Below, piece after piece: positions 51,829 to 64,000 of a DNA stretch of 64,000 nt; position 1 is the stretch's first letter, and each line of letters starts with the position of its first letter. Source of the DNA: Trichosphaerium sp. ATCC 40318 (taxonomy: Eukaryota; Protista; Tubulinea); the NCBI GenBank assembly GCA_038496445.1, contig JALMLS010000423.1:1-64000 (forward strand). Direction: 5' to 3'. The notes under the pieces are model-generated. The model searched no databases and was not told where the DNA came from. It saw only the letters and a list, made by a program, of their open reading frames with translations. A program made the position numbers and the translations under genes.

Positions 51829-53322
51829 ATGGTTAGGTGCCGTAATCTATCAATACACCCATCGCGATGCCTAATTTGTCAATTATCATTTTCTTGCCTC
51901 GTTATGTGGCTTGGCGTTGTATACGTAATGTCTAAAGTACGATTCCGAAAAAAAAAAACTGATTAATCCTAAGTCGACGTCATACTCGATAACTAACGTA
52001 AAACATAGTGGCATGATTTGAGTATAGACTATAGCGTACTAAAGAGCGATTTCGATACTATGAAGAGGCGCTTAGAGGAAGAACAAGATCGTATTACTCA
52101 TCTCCAGCATACAATTGCCAAAGCGTGCGTAGTATTTTCTTAAAAGTGTTTTCTGCCTACCAAAACACGTGATTTGTAACACTGCTGATATATCTGTTAG
52201 ACCTCAAATTTCTGGTCAAGGAGTAAACAAACCGCAGCTGAAGTGTGAGGTACGTTGCAAGTGCAATATACGGCTTATAGCGACTTAGCCAGAAAACAAA
52301 GAGTACATTGAAGCAGGGCGGGATCTTTTGGATTTTTATCGCTTGACACGCCTTGCAGGGCCAAGAAAGAAAATATGGGAAAAGAAGAATCTACTAGCTA
52401 TATCATGTGGTTCAAAAGGGATGCAACGAGTGAATGCAATTGTAGATAGATTTGGAACAGAAGACTTTGATATTATTTTATTTCATTATGATAAAAGTGA
52501 TTGGACAAGATTTGATTGGTTTGATAAAGTAACTCATGTTGTATCTCTTAAACAAATGAAGTTTTGGTTTGCAAAAAGGTTCTTATTACCTGATTTGGTA
52601 CATCGCTATAACTATATCTTCCTTTGGGATGAAGATCCGATATTGACAAAATCTTTTGATCCTTTGAAGTTTATTGATATTCTTGACAACAACAATTTGG
52701 AACTAGCAAGTCCTGCATATCCTAATTATGGATATCCTATCGTAACACCTCATTTCGGGTTATCTGGTAGATATACATCTTTTGTTGAGGTAGGATTTCC
52801 AGTATTTTCAACAACGATTTGGCCATGTGTTTGGCATCTAATGTTCTCAGGTTCGATTCAAACAAAAAAAAATCAACTTTTTGGACTGCACTTACTAAAA
52901 TACATTTTTAGACCTTGTTACTGGTAGTGGCATTGATAGAGTATGGAGAAACTGTGCTCTTGATTCAACGGGTATAGTTGATGGTATGCCTATACGTCAT
53001 GCTAGTCTTGGTTCATTTTCAAAGACAAAATACAAAAATATTGGTCTAGCTGAAGAAAAGTGGGTTGCAAAACGTATAAAGAAAAAATATCCAAAAAAGA
53101 ATCTATTATGGTCAAAGAATCCACATAAAACTTTTCGAGAGTTTACCTATGGGCCAAAATTTGTACGAAGTTAAAACTTCTTTGAAAAAAATGTTTTCTT
53201 TCAATACCTCCATAACTTTTTTCACTTTGTTTTTTAAGGGTAATGCAACACTCATAGAATTATGGCAAACCGATCCAAAACCTCCAAAGAAAATGCCAGA
53301 TGACATTGTTATCTACCCGTAA
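51829..53322 (+). CDS. DUF707 family type II membrane protein (putative glycosyltransferase)
   Basis: N-terminal TM plus coiled stem; IILFHYD...W..FDW, QMKFWFAKRFLLPDLV..YNYIFLWDED, FVEVGFPVFS...WPCVWHL. Confidence 0.9.
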
Positions 53323-53718
53323 AAAAAAGAATGTAAAAAAAAAAAGACATAAAAAAGTTTTGACAATCAGTTATGGCTTTTCATCATGATACATTAAAAA
53401 ATTGCGAACTTGAGTTGCTTGCATGATATAGTTGTAGCTCAGAAGCGCTAAGAGTAGTTCAAGTTCACTGTTAAAAAAGGCAAGAGCAGAATTAAAGACA
53501 CGTGATTTTGCAAGTTTGTCTAATCGCTTGAATGACGGTTGGAACTTGCTTTTATCTTTAGTACTCGATTCCTTACATGTCAAATCTATTAAAGTTTGCA
53601 ATTGAGTGAGATATGTGATGAACTCGCCAAAGATTATTCCTCCATAAAGAAAAGAACGAAACGAATCTACAAATAATTCAATCCTTTTATGTACAATTTT
53701 TTTAATGTTCTTTTTCGT

Positions 53719-56700
53719 TCAACTTCGGTTTCTTGGACACCTTCGCTTATCGTGACCTAGTTCCCATTAGTAGTTATAAAACAGTATAACTTAATTGAAT
53801 GAATGCTTACCTGGTTGCTTGCATAGACTACACTTCCGCGTGCCCACTTTTTTTTGAATCTTTTTAGGCGCACTTGATGCAAAAGAGTTCTTCCTCTTAT
53901 TGCCGTCACCAGAAAAACCTGAGTTATCCTCATCTCCCCAAGCAAAGAATCCACAACCATTACCATTACCATTACTTCCACAACGCCAAAAAGGTCGACC
54001 TAAACGAATATCAACCAACCAGTTTGAACGCACAAAAATCCAAGAAGGAGAAAAAACCTTCACAGAATTTGTTTGGTACCTTTGTTAGGAGACTCCTTTG
54101 TTACCCTTCTCTGGGCTGCTGGTTTACCACAGTCACAGTTAGGTACGTCATTAGTATTATTCATTTGTGACCCTCCATGTGGTGTAGATGCCCTTCGTTG
54201 AACATTACGGTGGGCGTTATTAAACCCAGTTGTATGGTATGCATCAGTAAAATTGTTAGCCCTTCCGTTATTCCCGTATCCATTGTTATTATTATACTTT
54301 GGTGTATTATTATTCATCCGTCTGATTCGTTAAGGAAAAAAAGTGAAAAAAATTCGTGGAGCCGCTTAGTGGACTTAAAAACAGAAAGACGGACTTAAAT
54401 GCTAATAATAAAAAAAATTTGCAAAGAGTTCGGATACACAGGTGCACGTTGTTGGACACTTTGCCTACTATTCCTAAATCAGCTGTGAGTAAATAGATTA
54501 CCGTTATAAACTCAAAAAAGGGAACATACCGCGCTTGATTTGGATTATTGAAAGAAACCAATCTTGTTCCTGCTTCAGCAAACATATCGTTAACTCTTCC
54601 ATCACAACCACCAATGCAACCCACAAACTTTCCAAGTGTTAGTAACACACTCAACACAACTGTTTATAACTCTAAAGAATGATACTTACTTGAACATCTC
54701 CTGGAGCTACATCACAAGGATCACATGAAAAGTGTAACTTTTTTACACTTCCGATAGTTCTTTGGCAAATGTTGCAATTTACTTTAGATGGTTTAACGCC
54801 TTTAACACTTTTTGGGAACCATACAATTGCGTTACAACCAGGATAGTTTGCACAACCTAAATAATTTATCAGAACTCTAGTTCTTCAAATAGAAATTTTG
54901 TAAAACGTACCAAGCATGTAGTTTCCTTTCTTTGTCTTTTTGAGTTGCATATTACCTCTACATTGTGGACAGCTTCTTATAGTTACTTTAGATTGTCCTC
55001 CAGCAAAAGCACAACTAGAGTGTGTACAAGAGAAGCAAGGCATAGAATTACCACCGGTAAAGTCTTCCTAAATAAAAACCAATGAACAAACTAGCAAGCC
55101 AAGTTGTCTTACAATGTCGTTAACAGGTGGATCTCCCCAACATTTTGGACAAAGTCTGTACGTCTTATCCTAGAAAAAAAAGGATTAATTTATGTGGTTA
55201 CAACCATGTTATCAACTCCTACTCACCGATTTGCTAGTAACCATCACAGTTTGGTAATTACAAATTGGACATCTCTGAGCACTTGTATCAGGATCATAAT
55301 TCTTAGATTTTGGAAGCTGCAGAACATCCTTGCATTGAACACAATACATAGCTGACGATCCCTATACATAGTACATAAGTGATGCTGTTAATCAAAACGT
55401 CTATACACGTACTTGTGGTGTCTTTACAAGTTGAAGATGATTGTCACATTTACCACATATGGCAGACTTCTCTTTAATTACAATCAAAGATTCGCCATCA
55501 CTCTCACCGTAGAACGCTCCAAGTGCCTTAGGAATGTTAAATAAATTATCGTGAACTGTATCCTAGTTGGATAGAGTGTTTTTTGACATACGTGTATAAG
55601 GTTCTTGACTTTTTTTTCAATCGTTGTAAAAATATTTGAATAATTCTGAAGATTCTCAACAACTACTTCATTCTTCGTTCTTTGTCCACGTGCAATAGCA
55701 TTCATATCAGCTTCCATCTAAAAAAAATAAACATATTAATCACTCTATGACACCAAAGGGCCAAACAAACAATAAAAGAAAGGTAGGCGTACTTGAGCCC
55801 TCATGTGAGCTTGAGATAATTTCCTCAATCCAATAAAATTATAACCAGCAATAAGTGCTTCTCCCAAAGTTGTTGGAGATAATCTGTTACCATTCTTAAC
55901 AATGTAACCTCTATCTTCTATTTTTTGTATATGCTGAGCAATAGTAGCGTCTGTTCCTATATTATTCTTATCCATAAGACTAACCAAGTCTCCATCAGTC
56001 AAAAGTGGCGGAGGCTGCGTTTTACTTTCTACAAGCTGAATAGACTAAAAACAACAAAGAGTTAAACCAATGCAAACACGTTAAACAAGAAATAAAGAGT
56101 AAAGAGGTAGTACCTTAGGCGTAATAATTTCGTTCATTTGAAGAGCAGGAATTGAGCCTAGGATGCAGTTATTATCATAACAGGTTATTAAACTACATAC
56201 CTTCTGTCCACTTATCGTATGGAAACACATCAAGATAATTTCTTGCTTGAATCGACAGTCCATTAGCATAAAACCGTTCCCCACCGATATCTACACCTAC
56301 AGTCTTTTTTTCTCCAATAGCATCCTGTTTTTGAAGAGTTAAGTCACGAGAAGTTGATTAAGTCAATAAATACCTTGGAACAACAAGCTAGGAAGTGTCT
56401 TGTAATGTATTCATACACCTTTTGATGTAGTGGTGAAGCAAAGGCGTTTGAGTATTTTGTAGGATGTATAGGTGGATGTGATTTATCATCGTTTCTACCT
56501 TTTCTTGGGTTTTGCCACTTTTCGCCTGTTATAAGCGAACGTGCGTAGTTTCCCCATCTAGGGTCACCAACTTGCTCTTGAATGAGGCTTTTTAGTTTAT
56601 TTGTATCATATCCGTTAGGGAAACCATCTGTTTCTGTCCTAGGGTAACTTATAAACCCTTGCTGGTACAAAGATTCAGCAATCTACAAAAAAGTTAGCCG

Positions 56701-58228
56701 AAAAAAAAGCAATCTTTTCACTTCAACTTTCTATCGCTACTCGCCTCCATTAGTTTATGAGCACTCATATGAAGCTTTCTAGTTGCTTGTTTTTGTAAAT
56801 ACACGGTAGTAAGAGGTAGTGGCTTGAACTTTGGTTGGCGTCTGATGGAAATTTTAGTTCGTCTTCAAACAGAGTGATATGTACTGTACGTACTTTGGAT
56901 TTGAAGCAGTGGTAACCTTTGCAACAGGATTCGCCATAACAAGTTGGTAAAGTGTTGAGCAAACCAATTTATCAAAAGTTCTGTTTCTCTCCCATTTAAA
57001 ATCACATTTAACACCTTCTTTCTCGATGACCACTCTATGGCATCGTATTAGCATATGCGTTCAACAAACATACAAATCTACTCACTTTATACTCCAGTAA
57101 TCTTCTGATACAAAGTGCTTGTTACGCCAGTATCTATCTACAACAAATCCTAACGTCGGAAACTGACAAGTACCTGAGAAAAGTCAGAAAAAACTTTCAA
57201 AAAAGAACAGCAAAACAATTAACAAACACTTGCCGAAGCTAACAATTGTCTTAGCCAGATCAATAAACTTTCTCTGGAATTGCATAGTTTGAAATCTTGT
57301 AAGTGCTGCACCAATACGAAGATCAAGTTCACATCTAGCGTCTACTGCTGCTGATAGTGCTGCATTAGGTGTTCTCAAGCTACTAATTGCTTTTTGAATT
57401 TCTCTATCGAGTACGCGTTAAAACAAGATTTAAAAACCAACACTCTAGCGTACCCTGCAGCAAGACTAGAGAAGTGAGCTCGATAAATACGCAGATTTTT
57501 ATTGGCCTTTACGCAGACTTCTATAACTTCAAAAGCAATATTTTCTCCCTTGAAATTGAATGTTATTCGGAGTAGAGTTCGAACACTGCTTCTGCTAAAC
57601 TACAAAAAGTACCTCACGATCACAATCAAGCCATAATACAAGCCAATCAGCTCTGCTACGTGTTAGAAATAAAATTGTAGATTCGTTAAAAAAGGCAGGC
57701 TACGCACTTTTTACTGAGCGTTTTAAGGTTCTTCGCAATGTTTGTCATACTCTTACATTACCCGTGTCAGTGTCAAAATATGCTCTTTATAAAATTGTAC
57801 CTTATTCACTGAGCGTATTACAGGCGTATTTTGAAAGTCAAAAAGCACCGAGGGATTTGTTGTTTGCCAGTTTTTAAACTGTGGCGGAAAATCGTGCTGC
57901 ATTAAGTGACCTTGTAAACCGTTAATATGTTACCCTGTTAACTGAGTTATCGATTGGCGTTGTTTTAAAAAGTTTAACGCCTGGTGTAACAAAACTTACC
58001 TGAAACTGACGTTACTAACATATTAGACCTCTTGCCCATAATGGTATGCTGCAATTCGTGAATAGGGTTGTATTTTGACGCGCTACGGGCCTGTGGCATA
58101 AATCAATTTCTGCGAAATGTCAGTAACCGTACATTGGAATAAGAGCCTCCACTAAGAACGTTGGAAATAGCTTTAGCGACTTTGGGCTTTTCAGCAACGT
58201 GAAGCGATGTTATTAGTCTACTACTCAT
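53719..58228 (-). CDS. TOP3A: DNA topoisomerase III alpha
   Basis: VAEKPKVA, TSVSGHL, WLDCDREGENI, ELDLRIGAALTRFQT, CQFPTLGFVV, GFISYPRTET, HPPIHPT, IGTDAT; C-terminal C4 zinc ribbons, GRF zinc finger and CCHC knuckle (RKCSLCKQPGHDKRRCP). Confidence 0.97.
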
Positions 58229-58324
58229 TTATGTAACATAGCGTTTAACCACACCGTTATTCTTGAAGCCAATAAGTAGATTTAGTCAAAATAATTCATA
58301 AAACTTGAAAAATTCGAAAATTCT

Positions 58325-58918
58325 TTATTCGTGTTTCGACACAGGCTTGCATTCTGCTTTCAAACAAGCTTCTGGAAGTGTGCCAACACTTGCTGGTACT
58401 CTCACGCCTGGAGTCCAACTTACTACGTCAAATTGAGCATCATCAAAGAACACCCACCGCACAGGTACAGAAGTGTCCGTGGTTTTAGTGTAGTAATGGA
58501 TGAAATATCCTGTATGTGGTGGCATAGCTGTTCCATGTGCCCATTCGTAACATTCGACGCCGTCTATTACCGTTGTACCAATGAAGGTGGCGTTTTCAAG
58601 CCAATTTCTCCGTAGTATACCAACAACCATATCAATGCATTTACAGCTATCGCTACTTGTATAGTAGTATGTACTTCCATTGTTGAACTCATTATCGAAC
58701 CGCGAAGGGCCTGCAGGGCTGGTAGGGTGAATATAATTTAAATTCTGTCCTGTCACCGAGTCATAGTATAAATCGACGACCGCAAGCCTGTTTGTTCTAT
58801 TTTGACGCATTACTGAGTGAAAACGCTCTGGCCATGCTGGTACTCTTGGGGAGGCGCCAAACGCCTCCACAGCACACAAAATAATACAAATAGCACAAAT
58901 TAGTCGGTTGGCGTGCAT
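58325..58918 (-). CDS. Intronless secreted At4g14100-like (ependymin-related fold) protein
   Basis: Signal peptide; WPERFHS...VDLYYD..TGQN.N.I, DNEFNNGSTYYY, C....VGILRRNWL..A.FIG...IDG..C..W, YY......PVRWVF. Confidence 0.8.
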   Translation of the reverse strand: MHANRLICAICIILCAVEAFGASPRVPAWPERFHSVMRQNRTNRLAVVDLYYDSVTGQNLNYIHPTSPAGPSRFDNEFNNGSTYYYTSSDSCKCIDMVVGILRRNWLENATFIGTTVIDGVECYEWAHGTAMPPHTGYFIHYYTKTTDTSVPVRWVFFDDAQFDVVSWTPGVRVPASVGTLPEACLKAECKPVSKHE

Positions 58919-60413
58919 TCTGTCTTCGTTAGAAAATTCCAGTACTATTTTTAACAAAAAGTCAATTGCAGCTTTTAGGAATTTACCCGTGCTACCTAAG
59001 TTGTTTTTCTAGCTGTCCTAGCTGTATATTGTACTGACGGCAACGAACTGATTGAACACGTGCTTCTAATATTGAGGTGGAGTATTTGGTTTAGATACAA
59101 CTTCAAAAAACAACCTGGTTTTTCAACAGATTGTTTCTTCAGTTGATGTCGTGCAAAACATAATTAAGTGAAACACTAAGTTCTCACGAAAAAGGTAGGT
59201 GTTGCCGTAGTGTCTGTCAAGAACAGTACTATGAAAATATCACTATGCGTCATTCTTCTGTTTTGTACCTCTCACTTCAAAGTTACGATTTTTAACTATT
59301 AGTTTATTGTTTGATAAAACAGAGCACGGTAGCGAGTCCACCAGGAAGTACCTTCTTCTCCTTTTTTAGATCAAATCCTACAGATACAAAGTATTGTATA
59401 ATACTTCCAACAAGGTTAAGTATTATCTCATCCATGTTTGACATTCCAAGCGTAAGAAAATAAGTATTGTTCGAGGACTTATGCTTGAAGGTTTCTTTTG
59501 TATTAAATGCTTCTTCCAAATGTGTTGATAGTGCTTTTAGGTAAGGTTCAGCTTGGGCAGATGCGGTGACAATGGTCTTTCTCCATGCAGGGCCTACAGA
59601 TCCATTGAGTATTATCTAACCGATTGAAGTTGCACGTACGTATACTAATGCGTACAACAGAAACAGTATTTGTTGATGAAGGTTGTGCAGTCATGGTGGT
59701 TGATAGGTGTTGTTTCTATTTGATGGCTTTCCAAATATTTGTGAATTCACGTAACAAAATTGGAAGCGTTAAGTGAACGCAGAAAACTCGTCCAAAAGTG
59801 TACTTGATATCTTTGCGAACATACTAGTATTGCAGAACACATAGGATACAAGTCATTGCATACATTGGTAGCGCTGAGCCCAGGTTTGGTTCTCAGACAC
59901 GCCTAATTCTGGACAGCAGTGGTGCTTTTGTTCAAAAATAGTAAAAATCTCACCTCGTGCTCTTGTATTTATATTATTCATAATAGCCACTATATATGTG
60001 TGTAAACACATGCTTGAGTTGCAAAGTCAAGGTGGAGTTTTTCAGTAAGAAAGGTGTTTTTAGTTTTCAGAAATATGGGCTTTTTTGCATTCCGAAACCT
60101 GCAATCGTGCAATAGTGCACACGCCCGAACTTTAAGGCTGCTAATACATGTGCTTGGAAGTTGCGTGACAGTGCTGTTCAGAACAGAAAAAAATGCTTTG
60201 AGGGATGCGGAGTAAAGGTGTTGGTATTTACACTTTCCATACCTAGTTTAAAGCGTGTGTATCTTCAATATCGAAGCTATACTACTGGGGTTTTTGTAAG
60301 GAGAAATACTATGCTAGATGTAGCAGCGAACAAGATTTGTTTTATTGTAAGGATGGACATTGCTAACCGCAACGAAATGACTTTTATTGTACTTTTTTTT
60401 TTTGTTTTTCAAA

Positions 60414-63400
60414 TTATTCGTCATCTGAAACAGCTGCTTTTCTTTCTTTTGCTTGTTGTATTAATGACTCTACTGTTTTTTTGTTTTGTTCAAAAACAGG
60501 ACCTTGTAAGGCTTCTGTATGGTGTAATAAAAACTGTGCACATTTATCCCTTAACTCATCTGCGCAGTGTGCATCCGCAAGCAAAAGTAAAGACACAGCA
60601 CTTTGTTCATCTATACTCATTGCCATAATCTATGAAACCAAAATAAGATACAAATTAAATAAACTACGTCATTGCAATGACAATATTTTATGTCTCCTGG
60701 CAACGAAGAAGCACTTATTTTGGGTTGATTTTTTTTAAGGATTTTTTTATCCATATAAGAAATTGTTTATTGTACCTCCTCTAGTTCTTTCTTCAACCTT
60801 GAAGTTTGATATAAGCTTGAAGCCTCATATAAATCAACGATATCCTCAACAAGTTCAAGGTCTACATCAAAACCTAAACCAAAAAAATTAACAAATAGTT
60901 CACCAACAAATCAAAAACCAACGTACCATACAAACTCCTAAGTAAGTGTTTGAACACGCCACAACTAACATCTTGTATTTTTATATTACTCTGAGATGAC
61001 TCTTTTAACCCAGACATGCACAATCCTCTAAAAAACATGCTCCTTGCACAAACTACATAGAAAAAGTTAGTCACATGACGATTATTTTATTTTGAAAAAA
61101 AAAAGCTGCATAGCAGAAAACAGTGTAGTATGTACCTATTGCTTTATGAGCAAAAAATTCTTGTCCCTTTGGTATGAGTAGTAAGTAATCTGACAGATTA
61201 TGTGATTAGTTTTGCTTACTTGTACTGTGAAGGTAACATCAGAAAGTTCTTCCTTGTTATAGAGTACTTGAAGGTTCTTGTTCATACTCGAAGGATAACC
61301 TTGTCGAGTCAAAACAAGGCACTCCATAATACGACGCGCATGTTGTGGAGCATATAAGCGAGCGCACATAATCTAGTAAGAACACTATCAATCGAAAAAC
61401 ATTGCACAAAAAAAGTGTGAAAAAAAAAAAGTGAACGGTTTTGTGGTTAACAACGTACGATATCTTGGGTATCTTCTCTTGAATTAACAAGTCTCATATC
61501 TACAACATCACTATATAAGTATTGTAATAAAACTCTATGAGCATTATATCCCCCTGGTAATTGTAAAGTTGTGCAGCTTGGATCAGCCAAAATACGCTCT
61601 TTGTAATATTCTGATCTAGCAACAAGTATTGCTTTTGATGCAAGTATACTCCTTCCTTCAGCAACCAAATTTATATCAGTAAGTTGCGGATGTTCGAATG
61701 CAAAGAATAAAGGATCATCATCTGTGCTTGTTGCTTCATAAAAGTCAGAAAACAAGAAAGATCAAAAAAAAATACGAGGTACTTACTGATTTGTAGTACG
61801 TCAATGTCCGACATGAATCGTCTACCGTCCCATCCTATACAAATTTAGATTTGGTTGTTTATTACTCAAGATAAATCACTTCTTTATATTATTTACGAAA
61901 GGCTGGGCGAACAAACACCAGTTTCTTAAATTTTTTTACAAAATTCTTACCTTGAAAAATCCACATTTGGTCGTTCAGCTCAACTGCTGCATGATTATTT
62001 CTTGAACGTGGTACTACCGAGTAAAATTAATACGCTATTCTTTAAAACGAAATAATATTACCTGTTCCAGCAAGACTTGGTTTCACCCAGCGAAGTCGCT
62101 TTTGTGTCTGTGCTTCTAGAATCCACAACTCATTTTTTTGTTCTCTATCCGTCCTATACACCATTTAGTAGTTCAAGTATAAAGGACAATGTGATAGTCA
62201 AAAGGGTTTGTGTCGGTTCTTATTTTAGTGGGGCCAAGGTGGAAATACGTACCATCCTCCAAAGGAGAGAAGTTTGTTGTGATAAGGAACAATTGTATTT
62301 TTTTGTACATGTTGACATTTACCAATTGCTTCAATACGTTCCCAAGATAGACAAGTATCATCTGATATATCTAAACGCCAATACTCATTACTTAATTTAC
62401 CTACAAGTAACAGAAAACCAGTCAACACCCAACCAAGAAAAATGTATATTGAATAATAAAATGGAGTTACCATCTAACTTATCTTTACCACTCCATAAAT
62501 ATACATTTTTACCGATACACCCAATATTAGGTGACTCTCTATAGATTAAGGTTAGGTTATCATCGTATTAATAATTTGGTATACGTACTTGCTAGGGTAA
62601 CGTGATACTTTAAGTTGCTGCATTGTGTATACTTCCATATCAAATGCGTAAATATCTCCAAAAGAAAAAATATACAACCTTTGACCTAAACATGCTCTAA
62701 GCGTATGCCTTTATCACGTGGACAAAAAAACACCTTCAACCAAATTAAAATACGACTGTACCTGAACGAATAGTAACTGCTTTTCTAGACATAGACAAGT
62801 ACAAAGACCCAGTGTTTGTTACAATTTTCCTCCACTCATTGCTCCCTAAATACACAACTTAGTCAAGTCTTCTCATGCTGAATTAGTTCATACCAGGGCT
62901 GTATAGATAAGCACCCATTGCAAAAGTACGTGTAGGTAGAACAATAATATCACTATTTGGATCTCCTTCATGTACAGTAAACATCTGGGGATCAGCGCAT
63001 ATTGGAATTTGTTTCGCGCTAAAAATTGTTTCCCCTAAATGTCCTTCTTTAGGAGGCTCTTTATCTTCATCTTCATCTTCATCCTCTTCACCTTCTTTAA
63101 GCAGCTCTGATGTTATAATATTACTGTTCTTAACAAATACACCATGACTCGCTAAGAACGCTTCAAAAAACGCAGTCTTAGCAGCATCAACACCTTCTCC
63201 TTCATCTTCTTCGTCAGAAGAACTGCTAATGCTGTCACTTGAGTCTAGAGGGTCCACTTTTTCTTCGTTTCCAGGAGCAGGTTTCTTTCTTTTAACAATA
63301 GGTCTTGGTTCAACTTTGTGCCACTGATAACTCACTATAGCAAAGAGTGAGTTAGCATATACCCACAGGTTGAACTACATACAAACTTCAAAATCAAACA

Positions 63401-64000
63401 AGAATGGTTCTTGGCCAAAGTTAGCTCTTAAAGACTCTCCTCTACTTCCAGTAGCGACACAAGGGTACCAATCAATGTCCATATCAAAATCTACGTACTT
63501 TTGTTAGTCAATAGATTATGAAGGGTGCTAATGGTACACCTTTCGTTGAAACGCCCAAGAATTGTCCGTTTTTGGTATAAAATACTTCAGCAGTGCTGAA
63601 AATCAGTCCACAACCAATAACGTCCCCAGTAGTATATGCAGGACCCCTTAGTTTTGTTGTCAATTAAAATCAGACCGAACTGTGATTGAAGACCTCTTTT
63701 ACGTACCAAGTTTGACCGCTTCCAGATTGCTCAAATATGTTACCATCGTCTCCATGGTACCCAACAGAATTCTTCTTCCATCTGTTCGAACAAGTCAGAA
63801 ACTAGTAAAAGCAACACTGTTTAAAGTTTGCTTTAACCGTACCCAGGATGGTCTGACGTCTTGTAATCCTTGTCAACAAGACCAACAGCTAAATATCTAA
63901 ATCATATTGTTCAGAAAATTATTCAATTAAGTACTCTCTTTTTAGTACCCATGTGCTCCACCATCTATAATAGTAACCTCAAAGTAACCTCCATCTATTC
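60414..64000 (-). CDS. SPRY-Kelch-BTB-BTB protein (LZTR1-like C-terminus); 5' end lies outside the window
   Basis: SPRY: YFEVTI, SVGYHGDDG, GPAYTTGDVIGCG, FYTKNG.FLG, WYPCV...ANFGQEPFLFD; Kelch: LLSFGGW, PRSRNNHAAV; BTBs: LTDINLVAEGRSILASKAILVARSEYY and LSDVTFTV...FFAHKAIVCARSMFF. Confidence 0.85.

Noticed and set aside
59304-59700. Short minus-strand ORF with PAWRKT, reminiscent of FAD-oxidase C-termini
   Set aside because: Motif too short, with no supporting domain or clear gene model.
1-64000. tRNA, rRNA or snRNA genes; alternative genetic code
   Set aside because: No recognisable RNA gene motifs by eye (a covariance-model scan is needed to be sure). Conserved genes splice cleanly under the standard code and end in TAA, TAG or TGA.

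Overview
Eukaryotic nuclear DNA from a compact, AT-rich, intron-dense protist genome. Introns are mostly about 40-60 nt GT-AG, often with GTACGT/GTGCGT donors. The gene content (family C GPCR with adhesin-like ectodomain, TK/TKL-type kinase) is amoebozoan-like, but this is an inference. About 25 genes can be recognised by splicing the ORF fragments by hand: COQ7, SFT2, PSMA2, DODA-type dioxygenase, WDR75, cytochrome b5 reductase-b5 fusion, PhyH, NAA40, NadR-type kinase, F-box/LRR genes, PHO80-type cyclin, ALG9, DUF707, TOP3A, an At4g14100-like protein and a SPRY-Kelch-BTB-BTB protein. The main finding is at 5285-10259 (-): a divergent EXO1/XPG-family 5' nuclease domain splices in frame, through a canonical 54-nt intron, into a complete MOV10/SDE3/Armitage-type RNA-silencing helicase, predicting one nuclease-helicase fusion protein. 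Next to it (1-4850) is a probable large mobile element. It carries a decayed ParB-like gene whose introns are packed with a 16-bp palindrome, plus a perfect 23-bp hairpin and inverted telomere-like repeats at its edge. Region 15250-22430 contains a near-identical duplication interleaved with a decayed MULE transposase and may be partly a haplotype mis-assembly. Exon boundaries were inferred by eye and no database searches were run.
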